A stretch of 58,761 nt of DNA, counting the filler, from Actinomycetales bacterium (lineage in GTDB: Bacteria > Actinomycetota > Actinomycetes > Actinomycetales > CAVURS01), in the NCBI GenBank assembly GCA_045807245.1. It is 4 parts of 4 records of this genome, joined end to end, with 100 filler letters (N's around TTAATTAATTAA, not from the genome) between each part and the next. Parts side by side here need not be neighbours in the genome. Positions count along the whole stretch, not along the records: positions 18,217 to 39,145 come from JBJMHS010000071.1; 3 more parts are not named here. One strand, written 5' to 3'. Below the pieces are notes generated by a model. It did not search any database, was not told the DNA's origin, and worked only from the letters and a program-made list of their open reading frames with translations. A program made the translations under genes and the position numbers. Every line of letters begins with the position of its first letter. The stretch's first letter is position 1. Below are positions 20,036 through 29,460 of this stretch, piece after piece.

Positions 20036-21670
20036 GCCGTGGACGACGCGACCGGCGGACAGTGTCAGTACGACGCTGGCGTCGGCGATCTCGCGGCCCG
20101 GAATGGCCCGGATGTCCCGGTCCAGGACGGCGAGGTCCGCTCGCCGACCGGGGCTGAGGCGGCCCGCATCCGCGTCGTGGTTGACGAAGGCGCTCCCCGC
20201 CGTGAAGGCGTCCACGGCCTGGCCGACCGACAGCCGTTCCGCGGGGAGGAAGGGACCGTTGTCGCGGTGCTCGGGGTCGACCCGCGTCACGGCGACCTCG
20301 ATCTGCTCGAGCGGGTTGGCCGTCGTGACCGGCCAGTCGCTGCCCATGGCCAGCCGGGCCCCGGCGCGCAGCAGCCCGGCGAACGGGTACTGGAGCTCGG
20401 CCCGCTTCGGCCCCAGGAACGGGATCGTCAGGGTGTCCATCTGCGGCTCCGACTGCGCCCAGTAGGCCTGCGCGTTGGCCACGACGCCCAGCTCGGCGAA
20501 CCGGGGCAGATCGGCCGGCTGGACCACCTGGATGTGCGCGATGTGATGGCGGTTGTCGACGTCCGGGTTGGCCCGGCGGGCCGCCTCGATGGCGTCCAGC
20601 GCCATCCGGTTGGCCCGGTCGCCGATCGCGTGGTGGTGCACCTGGAAGCCCAGGCGGTCGAGCTCCACCACGGCCCGGCGATGGACGTCCGGGTCGAGGT
20701 AGGTGAGGCCGCGCTGGCTGCCGTGCCCACCGTGGCCGTCGCAGTACGGCTCCAGCATTGCCCCGGTGAAGTTCTCCAGGACGCCGTCCAGCATGATCTT
20801 GACGCTTGTTGGATGGAAACCAATGCCGGAAACCGTTGCGTGCGACGTAGATCCGCGGCGCGCCAGGAGGTCGGGAATCTGTTCGACGCCCCGCTCACGC
20901 TCCCACCACAACGCGCCTACGACGCGAGCCGTCAGCCGGCCACTCGCGGCCAGCCGCTGGTACGCCGCCTGCGTGTCCGGGGTCACCCACGCGTCCTGCC
21001 AGCCGGTGATGCCGTAGGCGTGCAGCTGCGCCTGGGCGGCGAGGATCGCCTCGTCCCAGTCGGCCGCCGTCGGTGGCGGCACGAGACGGTCGGACAGTGT
21101 GTACGCCGCACCTTCGTGCAGCGTGCCGGTCGGCTCGCCGGAGACCGGGTCGCGCTCGATGCGACCGTCGGGCGGGTCCGGGGTGACCCGGTCGATGCCA
21201 GCGCGCGCGAGCGCGACGGAGTTGACCCAAGCGCCGTGCACGTCGCGGTTGAACAGGAACACCGGCCGGTCCGGCACCACGGCGTCCAGGAGCTCGCGGG
21301 TCGGCGTACCGCCGGGGAAGTGCTCCATGGCCCACCCGCCGCCGGTGACCCACTCGGCTTCTGGGTGCGCGCTGGCGTACTGAGCGACGGCCGCCACGTA
21401 TGCCTCGACCCCGGTCAGCCCGTCCAGGTCCACGGTCAGCCGGTTGCGCCCGGCCTGGGGCGGGTGCACGTGGGCGTCCTGGAAGCCGGGCACGACCAAC
21501 CCCCCCGGCAGGTGACGAGTCTCGGCGCCCGGGCCGACACGGTCGCGGACGTCGGCCGCCGGCCCGACGGCCAGGATGCGGTCGCCCCGGACCGCCAGGC
21601 TGTCGACTGCGGGGTCGTCGGCGCCGTGAATGCGCACGCCGGTCAGCACGAGGTCGGCCGGGTCGGTCAT
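20033..21670 (-). CDS. Amidohydrolase 3 (YtcJ-like)
   Basis: PGFQDAHVH, KIMLDG, HAIGDRA, HIAHIQ, GSDWPV, PGRRADLAVLD. Confidence 0.92.
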   Translation of the reverse strand: MTDPADLVLTGVRIHGADDPAVDSLAVRGDRILAVGPAADVRDRVGPGAETRHLPGGLVVPGFQDAHVHPPQAGRNRLTVDLDGLTGVEAYVAAVAQYASAHPEAEWVTGGGWAMEHFPGGTPTRELLDAVVPDRPVFLFNRDVHGAWVNSVALARAGIDRVTPDPPDGRIERDPVSGEPTGTLHEGAAYTLSDRLVPPPTAADWDEAILAAQAQLHAYGITGWQDAWVTPDTQAAYQRLAASGRLTARVVGALWWERERGVEQIPDLLARRGSTSHATVSGIGFHPTSVKIMLDGVLENFTGAMLEPYCDGHGGHGSQRGLTYLDPDVHRRAVVELDRLGFQVHHHAIGDRANRMALDAIEAARRANPDVDNRHHIAHIQVVQPADLPRFAELGVVANAQAYWAQSEPQMDTLTIPFLGPKRAELQYPFAGLLRAGARLAMGSDWPVTTANPLEQIEVAVTRVDPEHRDNGPFLPAERLSVGQAVDAFTAGSAFVNHDADAGRLSPGRRADLAVLDRDIRAIPGREIADASVVLTLSAGRVVHG

Positions 21671-21760
21671 GCGCGCATCCCACCACGTCCGCACTGTCAC
21701 GCCACAGTGGTGTCGAGGCGTTCAACAGTCGGACGGGGCCGAGTCGAGGCGGGAGTGCCG

Positions 21761-22288
21761 GTGACATCGAGGGACGAGGGGTTCGAGAGCTTCGCCGCCG
21801 CGCGCAGCGGCGCGCTCTTCCGGACCGCCTGGCTGCTCACGGGCGACTGGCAGCTCGCCGAGGATCTCGTGCAGGAGACGCTGGCCCGGATCTACCTGCG
21901 CTGGCGCAAGGTCTCGCACATGGACAACCCGGCGGCGTACGCCCGCCGGACGCTGGTCAACGTCCACACGTCGTACCGGAGGGTGCGGCGCAACAGCGAA
22001 CGCCCGGCCGCCGACCCCAGCGACTCCACGGCTGCCCAGGGGCACGATCACGGCCGGGACCACGGTGACGACCCGGACGTCCGGCTGACCCTGCTGGCCG
22101 GGCTGGCCCGGCTCGAGCGGACCGACCGCAGCGTGCTGGTGCTGCGCTACTGGGAGGACCTGGACGTCAACGCCACAGCCGAGCTGTTGGGCATGAGCGC
22201 GGCCAACGTCCGGACCCGCAGCATGCGCGCCCTGGCCCGGCTGCGCGAGGCGCTCGGCGCCGACCTCGACGACCTCCCCACGCGATAA
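21761..22288 (+). CDS. ECF RNA polymerase sigma factor (SigE family)
   Basis: AWLLTGDWQLAEDLVQETL, AYARRTLVN, VLVLRYWEDL...TAELLGMS. Confidence 0.92.
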   Translation: MTSRDEGFESFAAARSGALFRTAWLLTGDWQLAEDLVQETLARIYLRWRKVSHMDNPAAYARRTLVNVHTSYRRVRRNSERPAADPSDSTAAQGHDHGRDHGDDPDVRLTLLAGLARLERTDRSVLVLRYWEDLDVNATAELLGMSAANVRTRSMRALARLREALGADLDDLPTR

Positions 22289-22298
22289 GGAGCAAGCC

Positions 22299-22952
22299 AT
22301 GGACTTCGAAGAGCAGGTGGCGGTGGCGATGCATGCGACGGCGGAACGGGTGACGCCGCCGGTCGAGCGGCTGGTGCGCGGGGGCGCGCAGCGGGGCCAG
22401 GAGCTCCGGGGCCGGCGCACGCGGTACGCCGTGGGGCTGGGCGGTGCGGTCGGTGCCTTGGCGGTCGTCGCCGTGGCACTCGGCGCGGGGCTGGGCCGCG
22501 ACTCCGCGTCGACCCCACCCGCGGCCCAGCCGACGTCATCCTCGTCCGCGGTGGCCTGCGGGTTGCCCGTGCGCACCGACGCCTTGCCGGAGTGGGCGCG
22601 GGCCGGATTCACCAACCCTGAGGCCGGCGGCGTGCCGTGGGTCACGGGGTCGGACGGCAAGATCGTGGCGGTCCTGTTTGGGCAGCCGCTGTCGGCACCG
22701 GAGGCCAAGGACCATGCCAACAAGATCCTGTGGGTCTCCCGTCAAGCACAGGTGCCTCTGGCCCCGTTGGTCGTGACAGCGACCGCGCGAGGCGCGCTGC
22801 GACCCCAGCCGGTCACTGTCTCGATCCCTGGTGGACCGGGACCGTCGTACCTGGACCTGCCGTACCCGGGTTGCTGGCATCTCGACCTGGCCTGGGACAA
22901 CGGCAAGCAGCACGACGCGATGGACCTCGCGTACGTGAAGGGCGCTCGCTAG
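22299..22952 (+). CDS. Single-pass membrane protein, putative anti-sigma partner
   Basis: AAGGAG RBS; follows the ECF sigma; basic stretch, TM helix, extracellular domain with GCWHLDL. Confidence 0.7.
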   Translation: MDFEEQVAVAMHATAERVTPPVERLVRGGAQRGQELRGRRTRYAVGLGGAVGALAVVAVALGAGLGRDSASTPPAAQPTSSSSAVACGLPVRTDALPEWARAGFTNPEAGGVPWVTGSDGKIVAVLFGQPLSAPEAKDHANKILWVSRQAQVPLAPLVVTATARGALRPQPVTVSIPGGPGPSYLDLPYPGCWHLDLAWDNGKQHDAMDLAYVKGAR

Positions 22953-22994
22953 CGTCCATGCCGTGACGACGCGGCACAGTTGGACGGCGCGCTG

Positions 22995-23588
22995 ATGGAG
23001 TTCTTCGTACTGGGTCGCGACGCGGATGGCGTCGACCAGCTGCTGGAGGAGCTGACCGAGGCTCATTGGTCGTACATGGACCGCTTCGCGGGGCAGCTGC
23101 GGGCGCGCGGGCCGCTGCTCTCGGCGGACCGCACCCGACACGCAGGCAGCATGCACGTCGTGGAGGTGCCTGACGTCGCGGCGGCGTACCGGTTCGCCTA
23201 CGAGGAGCCGTTCGAGTGCGCGGGTGTCTTCGCCGACCTGTCGGTGACGAGGTACGTCAGCTGTGGCCACCGCACGATGTTCGACGGCTCGCCGGCTGCG
23301 CAGCCGGCGGCCAGCGCGCTGGTCGTGTCCAGATGGGATGCCGAGCCCATGACGGCCGGTCTGCTCGAGGAGCTTTCGGCGGCGGCCACGGAAGCGGCAG
23401 GGGAGGCCTGGGTGTTTCTTGGGCTGCTGCTGAGCGACGACGGTGCGAGCTGTCTCGGGGCGGCCGGGGCGCTGGACCTGGCCGAACAGGAGGCGGCTCC
23501 CGCGTTCGAAGCCATGTTGGCTGCGACCGGCCACGCGTCGACTGCCGTCGTCGCGGCGGCCTGGCAGCGTGGCGGCCGTCGGGCGTAG
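22995..23588 (+). CDS. YciI family protein (double length)
   Basis: AHWSYMD...ARGPLL...GSMHVV...EEPF. Confidence 0.75.
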   Translation: MEFFVLGRDADGVDQLLEELTEAHWSYMDRFAGQLRARGPLLSADRTRHAGSMHVVEVPDVAAAYRFAYEEPFECAGVFADLSVTRYVSCGHRTMFDGSPAAQPAASALVVSRWDAEPMTAGLLEELSAAATEAAGEAWVFLGLLLSDDGASCLGAAGALDLAEQEAAPAFEAMLAATGHASTAVVAAAWQRGGRRA

Positions 23589-23651
23589 CCCCTCGTCCAC
23601 CGGCCGATGGCATGAAAGAGTTCGCCTGTCCGAACGGGCTGGGAGGTCGGC

Positions 23652-24251
23652 ATGGGCATCGTCACACCGGGGTTCTTCGGTCGGCGCCGTGACAGTGCAG
23701 AGGAGCTGCCGCCGGGGCAGTACCTCGTCCACGACTTCCCGGTACTGTCCGCCGGTCCGACGCCGAACGTGCACCTCGACACGTGGGCTTTCACGATCAC
23801 GACGGAGTCCGGTCAGGAACACCGTTGGTCGTGGGACGAGCTGCACGCGCTGGAGGTCGAAGACTTCACCGTCGATCTGCACTGCGTCACCAAATGGAGC
23901 AAGCTGCAGACCAGCTGGCAGGGCGTCTCCATCGACACGCTGTTCCAAAACGTCGAGACTGCAGCGGAGTTCGCTGTGATCCGCGCCTACGGCGGCTACA
24001 CGACCAATCTGCCCTTAGAGGATCTGCAGGACGGCAAGGCCTGGCTGGCCTTCGGCTACGACGGCGAGGACCTGCCCGCCGAGCATGGTGGCCCCTGTCG
24101 CCTCCTGGTGCCTCACCTCTATCTGTGGAAGTCGGCCAAGTGGGTCAGCGGCATCGAGCTCCGCCACGACGACGAGCCCGGGTTCTGGGAGACGCTCGGC
24201 TACCACAACTACGGAGACCCATGGCGCGAGCAGCGGTACTGGGGCGACTGA
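23652..24251 (+). CDS. Sulfite oxidase-like molybdopterin oxidoreductase
   Basis: LPPGQY, DLHCVTKWS, YTTNLPL, EHGGPCRLLVPHLYLWKSAKW, PGFWE. Confidence 0.92.
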   Translation: MGIVTPGFFGRRRDSAEELPPGQYLVHDFPVLSAGPTPNVHLDTWAFTITTESGQEHRWSWDELHALEVEDFTVDLHCVTKWSKLQTSWQGVSIDTLFQNVETAAEFAVIRAYGGYTTNLPLEDLQDGKAWLAFGYDGEDLPAEHGGPCRLLVPHLYLWKSAKWVSGIELRHDDEPGFWETLGYHNYGDPWREQRYWGD

Positions 24252-24979
24252 CCTGGCAGGTCGGCACGGTGCGCTCGGTCCGGCCGGAGAGTGCCACGTC
24301 GCGGACGATCACGCTGGACCTGCCGGACTGGCCCGGTCACCTTCCCGGCCAGCACGTCGACGTTCGCCTGACCGCACCCGACGGCTACTCGGCCCAGCGC
24401 TCGTACTCCGTCGCGTCCGACTGGGACCCGCACGGTGACCGCGCGGTCCAGCTGACGGTCGAGGAGGTACCGGACGGCGAGGTGTCGCCGTACCTCGTGC
24501 AGGTCCTGGGCGTCGGTGACCAGATCGAGCTGCGCGGCCCCGTCGGTGGCTGGTTCGTGTGGCGGCCCGGCGACCCGTCCCGGACGTTGCTCGCGGCCGG
24601 TGGCAGCGGCGTCGTACCGATCATGGCGATGCTCCGGGCTCGTCGTCGCACGGGCAGCACCGCGCCGTTCCGGTTGGTCTACTCCGTCCGCACTCCGGCG
24701 GCCGTGATGTACGGCGCGGAGCTGGCTCGGGTGGACCGCGACGACCCGGCCTTCGAGCTGCAGACCGTCTACACCCGCGAGCGTCCGCCGGGCTGGGAGG
24801 GAACGGTCGGTCGCGTCCGCCCGGAACAGCTCCTCGCCACGGTCGGGGGCGAGCCCGCGGGGGCGACGTTCGTCTGCGGGCCAACCGGATTCGTCGAGTC
24901 GGTGGCGCAGACGCTGGTGACCGGCGGCGTCGACGCGAGCACCATCAAGACCGAGCGGTTCGGGCCGACAGGAGGCTGA
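24221..24979 (+). CDS. FAD/NAD(P)-binding ferredoxin reductase-like oxidoreductase
   Basis: PGQHVDVRL, RSYS, GEVSPYL, AGGSGVVP, VCGPTGFVE, ERFG. Confidence 0.9.
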   Translation: MARAAVLGRLTWQVGTVRSVRPESATSRTITLDLPDWPGHLPGQHVDVRLTAPDGYSAQRSYSVASDWDPHGDRAVQLTVEEVPDGEVSPYLVQVLGVGDQIELRGPVGGWFVWRPGDPSRTLLAAGGSGVVPIMAMLRARRRTGSTAPFRLVYSVRTPAAVMYGAELARVDRDDPAFELQTVYTRERPPGWEGTVGRVRPEQLLATVGGEPAGATFVCGPTGFVESVAQTLVTGGVDASTIKTERFGPTGG

Positions 24980-24982
24980 AGG

Positions 24983-25240
24983 ATGGCGGATCTCGACGGC
25001 AACGTGTTGGCCGGCGCGCTCAGAGAGGTGTTCACGGTGGACGTCACGACTGCGCGCGGCCAGTGTGCGAGCTGCGGGCAGGTCAACGTGGTCGGGCAGG
25101 TCGCTGTCTACAGCGACGGGCCGGGGTCGGTCGCCCGCTGTCCCGGCTGCGATGCGGTGGTGATGCGTCTCGTGCGCGGACCCGACCGCGCGTGGCTCGA
25201 CCTTCGCGGTGTCGTGTGCCTCGAGCTGGACCTGTCGTGA
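24983..25240 (+). CDS. DUF6510-like small protein with two CxxC motifs
   Basis: LDGNVLAG, CASC, ARCPGC, WLDLRG. Confidence 0.8.
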   Translation: MADLDGNVLAGALREVFTVDVTTARGQCASCGQVNVVGQVAVYSDGPGSVARCPGCDAVVMRLVRGPDRAWLDLRGVVCLELDLS

Positions 25241-25291
25241 GCGTCACCGGCTGCTGGCCGGGAGGGTCCTCCGGCCACCTCTTCGAGCGGC

Positions 25292-25804
25292 TCAGTCGGC
25301 GCTGATCCGCCGCACCTCGAAGCTGACCGGCCCGCGCAGCGTCTGGCTGACGACGCAGTAGCGCTCGGTGAGCTCGGCCAGCCGGGCCAGCGTGCTGTCG
25401 TCCGCATCTGTGTCGAGGTCGGCCTCGAACCTGATGTCGCCGAGGCCGACCGGGACGTCGCGCGACACGGCGAGCGTGCCTCTCGCGTCGAACGTCGCGC
25501 CCGCGCGCAGCTGGGCCGACCGGACCTCGACACCCATCGCGTGGGCGACACTGCGCAGGGTCACACCGGCGCAGGCGACGAGCGCCTCGAGCAGCATGTC
25601 GGCCGAACAGGCATCGCTCCCGTCGCCCCCGGTGCCAGGATGCAGCCCGGCGACGACCGGCCCGGCCCACCCGCCTAGGCGCACACTGAACCCAGGTCCG
25701 TGCAACGTGCCGGAGGCCCCCACCGACGACGTGGCGGACGTGGGGTCGTCTCGGTACTGCTGCTTGAGCGGACCCTGGCGGGAGCGCAAGGTGGCGGCGT
25801 CCAT
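25292..25804 (-). CDS. OsmC family protein
   Basis: GLHPGTGG...CSADMLLEALVACAGVT, TERYCVV; GGGAGG RBS. Confidence 0.9.
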   Translation of the reverse strand: MDAATLRSRQGPLKQQYRDDPTSATSSVGASGTLHGPGFSVRLGGWAGPVVAGLHPGTGGDGSDACSADMLLEALVACAGVTLRSVAHAMGVEVRSAQLRAGATFDARGTLAVSRDVPVGLGDIRFEADLDTDADDSTLARLAELTERYCVVSQTLRGPVSFEVRRISAD

Positions 25805-25846
25805 GAACGTCCTCCCGTGAGTGGCGTCGAGGCGTAGCGTCCCAGT

Positions 25847-26044
25847 GTGAGCTGGGACTGGATGGAGATTCTCCAACCCAACCTCCGGCATGTCCGCGAG
25901 GAGCGTGAACGGCTGGAGCTCACGGTGGAGCATCCCGACTCCGGGGCACCGCCGTTCGGCATCGACCTGGACGGGGGGATCGCCCGGTTCACGATGCCCG
26001 CCGTCGAGCCGGCGGAGGACGAGGCCGAGCCGACCTCGCCCTAG
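25847..26044 (+). CDS. Small protein, DUF6191-like
   Basis: EERERLEL...GAPPFGIDLDGG. Confidence 0.6.
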   Translation: MSWDWMEILQPNLRHVREERERLELTVEHPDSGAPPFGIDLDGGIARFTMPAVEPAEDEAEPTSP

Positions 26045-26229
26045 GCGACCGGTCGGCGACGTAGCGCTCCTGACCTGCCCTCGTTTGGGTCAGGCATTGG
26101 TCACGAAAAAGTAAGGTTTGGCCCGTCTGGTCCAGAGGGGATGCGGCGGCCTTGACCGGGCCCTAGCGTGGCCCCGCGCAATCCGCGCATACCCGCAGGT
26201 AGCTGTCTTTCCATGAGATAGGTGAAGCT

Positions 26230-28128
26230 ATGCGAAGAAGGACCATCGGCATCTCGGTCATCGCCACCGCTGCGATGACCGTCGCCGGAGTCAGTACGGC
26301 CGCCGGGGCGGCGAACCCACCGGCCAAGAGGGCGGTGCCGAACAGCAAGCCGGCGTGGACAGCCCACGCGAAGAACCTTGGGCATGCGAGTTCGTCCGGT
26401 CGCGTCAGCCTGCGGGTGTACCTCGCACCCAACGGTGGCCTCGACGCCCTCAAGGCGGCGGTGGCCAGCGTGTCCGACCCGAAGAGCAGCAACTACCGCA
26501 CGTTCATGTCCGCGGCGCAGTACCACGCGGCGTACGACCCGTCGACCTCGACGCTCGCCGGCGTCAGGTCATGGCTCACGAGCAACGGGCTGAAGGTCAC
26601 CGGTGTCGAGGCGAGCCGGCGGTACGTGTCGGTCAGCGGCTCGGTCGCTGCCGCCGAGAAGGCCTTCGGTGCCAACATCGACCGGTACTCCCACAATGGT
26701 CAGTCGGTGCAGGCCAACTCGAGTGCTCTGACCGTGCCGGCCAGCCTCGGGGCCTCCGTGCTGACGGTGACCGGTGTCGACACGACGCCACACGTCGTAC
26801 AGCACGCGTCCACCCCGCAGGCGCCTCCGCCGGCTGGCTTCCGCAACGGTCGCCCGTGCTCGATCACGTACGGGCAGCTGGCCGCGAGCAACCTGCCCGC
26901 CTTCAAGGGCAAGACGCTGCCCTATGCAGTCTGTGGCTACACCGGTCCCCAGTACCGTGCGGCCTACGAGGACAACCTGTCCGCGGGGCTCGACGGCAGT
27001 GGAGTGACGGTCGCGATTACCGACGCGTACGCCGCGCCGACGATCGTGGGCGACTCGAACAAGTACGCGACCCGGCACGGAGACGGCGCCTACGCCCCCG
27101 GCCAGTTCTCGCAGGTCAAGCCCGGCTCGTTCAACCGCGGCGCGATCTGTGGCCCCTCCGGCTGGTACGGCGAGGAGACGCTCGACGTCGAGGCGGTGCA
27201 CGCGATGGCTCCCGGGGCGAACATCCGCTTCTACGCGTCGCCGAGCTGCTTCGACGACGACTTCCTCACCACGCTGGCCAAGGTCGCGGACGACGACCGG
27301 GCTCAGCTGGTCACCAACTCGTGGGGTGACGTCGAGCAGGTCGAGACGACGGACCAGATCGCCGCGTACGAGCAGGTCTTCCTGCAGGGTGCGATGCAGG
27401 GCCAGAGCTTCATGTTCTCGTCCGGCGACAACGGCGACGAGCTGGCCAACACCGGGATCCGGCAGACCGACTACCCGACCTCCGACCCGTACGTCACGTT
27501 GGTGGGCGGCACGTCCGATGCCATTGGGGCAAGCGGCAAGTTCACGTTCCAGACCGGTTGGGGCACGCACAAGTACAGCCTCAGCAGCAGCGGCAACGCG
27601 TGGACCCCGCTTGGGTTCCTGTACGGCGCGGGTGGCGGACACTCCTCGCTGTTCAACGAGCCGGCGTACCAAGCTGGAGTCGTTCCTGGCAGCAACGGTG
27701 CGGGCCGCGCGGTCCCGGACGTCGGTCTCGATGGCGACCCGACGACCGGAATGCTCGTCGGAGAGACACAGTCCTTCCCGGACGGCGTCTACTACGACGA
27801 GTACCGGATCGGTGGGACGAGCCTGGCCTCGCCGCTGTTCGCCGGCATGACCGCGCTTCTCCTGCAGCACGCCGGTGGCGGGATGGGTCTGCTCAACCCG
27901 ACGATCTACGCGCAGGCGGGTTCGTCGTCGTTCAAGGACATCCATGGCGCGCCGAAGGACGCGGGCAATGTGCGCGCGGACTACGCCAACGGGGTGGACC
28001 CCTCGGGCGGCATCGTCTACAGCGTGCGGACGTTCGACCAGGACTCGTCCCTGACCCTCGCCAAGGGTTGGGATGACGTGACCGGTGTGGGCTCGCCGAC
28101 GGCGGACTGGGTCACCAGCGTCGGCTAG
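26230..28128 (+). CDS. Secreted S53 (sedolisin) serine peptidase
   Basis: Signal peptide, pro-domain, EETLDVE, SSGDNG, GGTSLASP, GWDDVTGVGSP. Confidence 0.93.
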   Translation: MRRRTIGISVIATAAMTVAGVSTAAGAANPPAKRAVPNSKPAWTAHAKNLGHASSSGRVSLRVYLAPNGGLDALKAAVASVSDPKSSNYRTFMSAAQYHAAYDPSTSTLAGVRSWLTSNGLKVTGVEASRRYVSVSGSVAAAEKAFGANIDRYSHNGQSVQANSSALTVPASLGASVLTVTGVDTTPHVVQHASTPQAPPPAGFRNGRPCSITYGQLAASNLPAFKGKTLPYAVCGYTGPQYRAAYEDNLSAGLDGSGVTVAITDAYAAPTIVGDSNKYATRHGDGAYAPGQFSQVKPGSFNRGAICGPSGWYGEETLDVEAVHAMAPGANIRFYASPSCFDDDFLTTLAKVADDDRAQLVTNSWGDVEQVETTDQIAAYEQVFLQGAMQGQSFMFSSGDNGDELANTGIRQTDYPTSDPYVTLVGGTSDAIGASGKFTFQTGWGTHKYSLSSSGNAWTPLGFLYGAGGGHSSLFNEPAYQAGVVPGSNGAGRAVPDVGLDGDPTTGMLVGETQSFPDGVYYDEYRIGGTSLASPLFAGMTALLLQHAGGGMGLLNPTIYAQAGSSSFKDIHGAPKDAGNVRADYANGVDPSGGIVYSVRTFDQDSSLTLAKGWDDVTGVGSPTADWVTSVG

Positions 28129-28145
28129 TTCGGTTGTAGGACAAC

Positions 28146-28185
28146 GGGTCCGGGGTGTACGGCGTCAACCGTGCACCCCGGACCC
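28146..28185 (+). terminator. Hairpin downstream of the S53 peptidase
   Basis: GGGTCCGGGGTGTACGG-loop-CCGTGCACCCCGGACCC, 17-bp stem with one G-U pair. Confidence 0.7.
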
Positions 28186-28263
28186 TCCTCCTTAGCTGCA
28201 CGACGCGCGTCGCCGGTGACGCTCGAGGTGCACCCAACGCGCTCGTCCCAGCGGCGATGAAAG

Positions 28264-28285
28264 TGTGGTATCAATGTGGTATCTT
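28264..28285 (+). promoter_or_regulatory. TA operon operator/promoter
   Basis: TGTGGTATC-aa-TGTGGTATC direct repeat overlapping -10 TATCTT, 7 nt before ATG 28293. Confidence 0.6.
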
Positions 28286-28292
28286 CAACGCC

Positions 28293-28496
28293 ATGGCGAT
28301 GACACTTCGGCTGGACGAGCAGGAGACCGAGGCACTGCGTCAGCGGGCCGAGCATGAGGGTCGCTCGATGCAGGACATCGCCCGCCAGGCGGTACGCGAC
28401 TACATCGAGCGGAACAGCAAACGCGAGCTGCTCGACCGCATCCTGGATGAAGAGATTCCACGCTACGCGGAGGCGCTGCGGCGTCTAGGGGAGTGA
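28293..28496 (+). CDS. Ribbon-helix-helix (CopG-like) antitoxin
   Basis: MAMTLRL...ALRQRAEHEGRSMQDIARQAVRDYI; 4-bp overlap with the toxin gene. Confidence 0.85.
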   Translation: MAMTLRLDEQETEALRQRAEHEGRSMQDIARQAVRDYIERNSKRELLDRILDEEIPRYAEALRRLGE

Positions 28497-28897
28497 TCTA
28501 CCTCGATGTCGAGGACCTTCTGCACATCGCCGAACGCGTGCTGGGCGTGGTCGAGATCCGTGACCTCGGCTTGCTGGAATCGGCCGCTGCCCGTCAGCAC
28601 GCAACTGCCTTCGGCAAGGACGCATACCCAACGCTCCACGAGAAGGTCGCTGCGCTCGCTCACTCGATCGTCCGCAACCATGCACTCGTCGATGGCAACA
28701 AACGACTCGCCCTCGCGGCCGTCCTTTCAGCGTTCGGCGTCAACGGTCTCCGAGTGACGCTGACAAATGACGAGGCTTATGACTTCATCATGGACATCGC
28801 AACCGGCCGTCTTGACGACGTTGCCAGCATCTCCGCGCGCCTGATGAAGGGCGACGGTAGAGGTCAGGCACTGAGGCGACGCAGCGCGTCTTCGTAG
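28493..28897 (+). CDS. Doc/Fic family toxin
   Basis: IRDLGLLESA, YPTLHEK, Fic motif HALVDGNKR. Confidence 0.9.
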   Translation: MIYLDVEDLLHIAERVLGVVEIRDLGLLESAAARQHATAFGKDAYPTLHEKVAALAHSIVRNHALVDGNKRLALAAVLSAFGVNGLRVTLTNDEAYDFIMDIATGRLDDVASISARLMKGDGRGQALRRRSASS

Positions 28898-29412
28898 CGG
28901 CGGGTGGCCCTGGTCTGGAACCAGCGGTCGATCGGCTGGACCAGTCGGTTGAGCCATGACCCCGGCTGGCTGAAGGCCGTGATGTGCAGCCGCACGTGGT
29001 CGTCCGCGTCATGACGGACGACGAACGACTCCTCGCCACGCTCCGGATGCCCCGGCAGCGTCCCGTATCCGAACCCTCGGCGCCGATCCTCGTGCACGAC
29101 GTACACGACGCGGCAGGGGATGACCACGCATACCGGCCGGCCGAAGCCGGCCACCACCGTCTGCCCTTCCGCCGGCTGGCCGTCGGCGACGACGACGAGA
29201 CCGGCCCGGCGGTGCATCTGCCAGGTCATCAACGCCCCGGCGGCACGCTCGAACGTCGCGCGGCCGGCGCCCAGCTCCGTGATGTGGTCGAGATGTCGGT
29301 AACCGGCTGGCAGGGGCCGGCGCCGAGTTGCCGACACCTCGGCGTACGTCGTCGCCAACAGCTCGTAGCGGGGGAGCAGCCGCTCAAGGCTGCCCGGACG
29401 GGCGATTCGCAC
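28864..29412 (-). CDS. DUF1990 family protein
   Basis: LPAGYRHL, PCRVVYV, GFGYGTLPGHPERGEESF. Confidence 0.88.
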   Translation of the reverse strand: MRIARPGSLERLLPRYELLATTYAEVSATRRRPLPAGYRHLDHITELGAGRATFERAAGALMTWQMHRRAGLVVVADGQPAEGQTVVAGFGRPVCVVIPCRVVYVVHEDRRRGFGYGTLPGHPERGEESFVVRHDADDHVRLHITAFSQPGSWLNRLVQPIDRWFQTRATRRYEDALRRLSA

Positions 29413-29460
29413 CCTGCCGATCGTGCCAGCGGAGCGCTCCGCCCGCCTGTTGCCGGCCTT

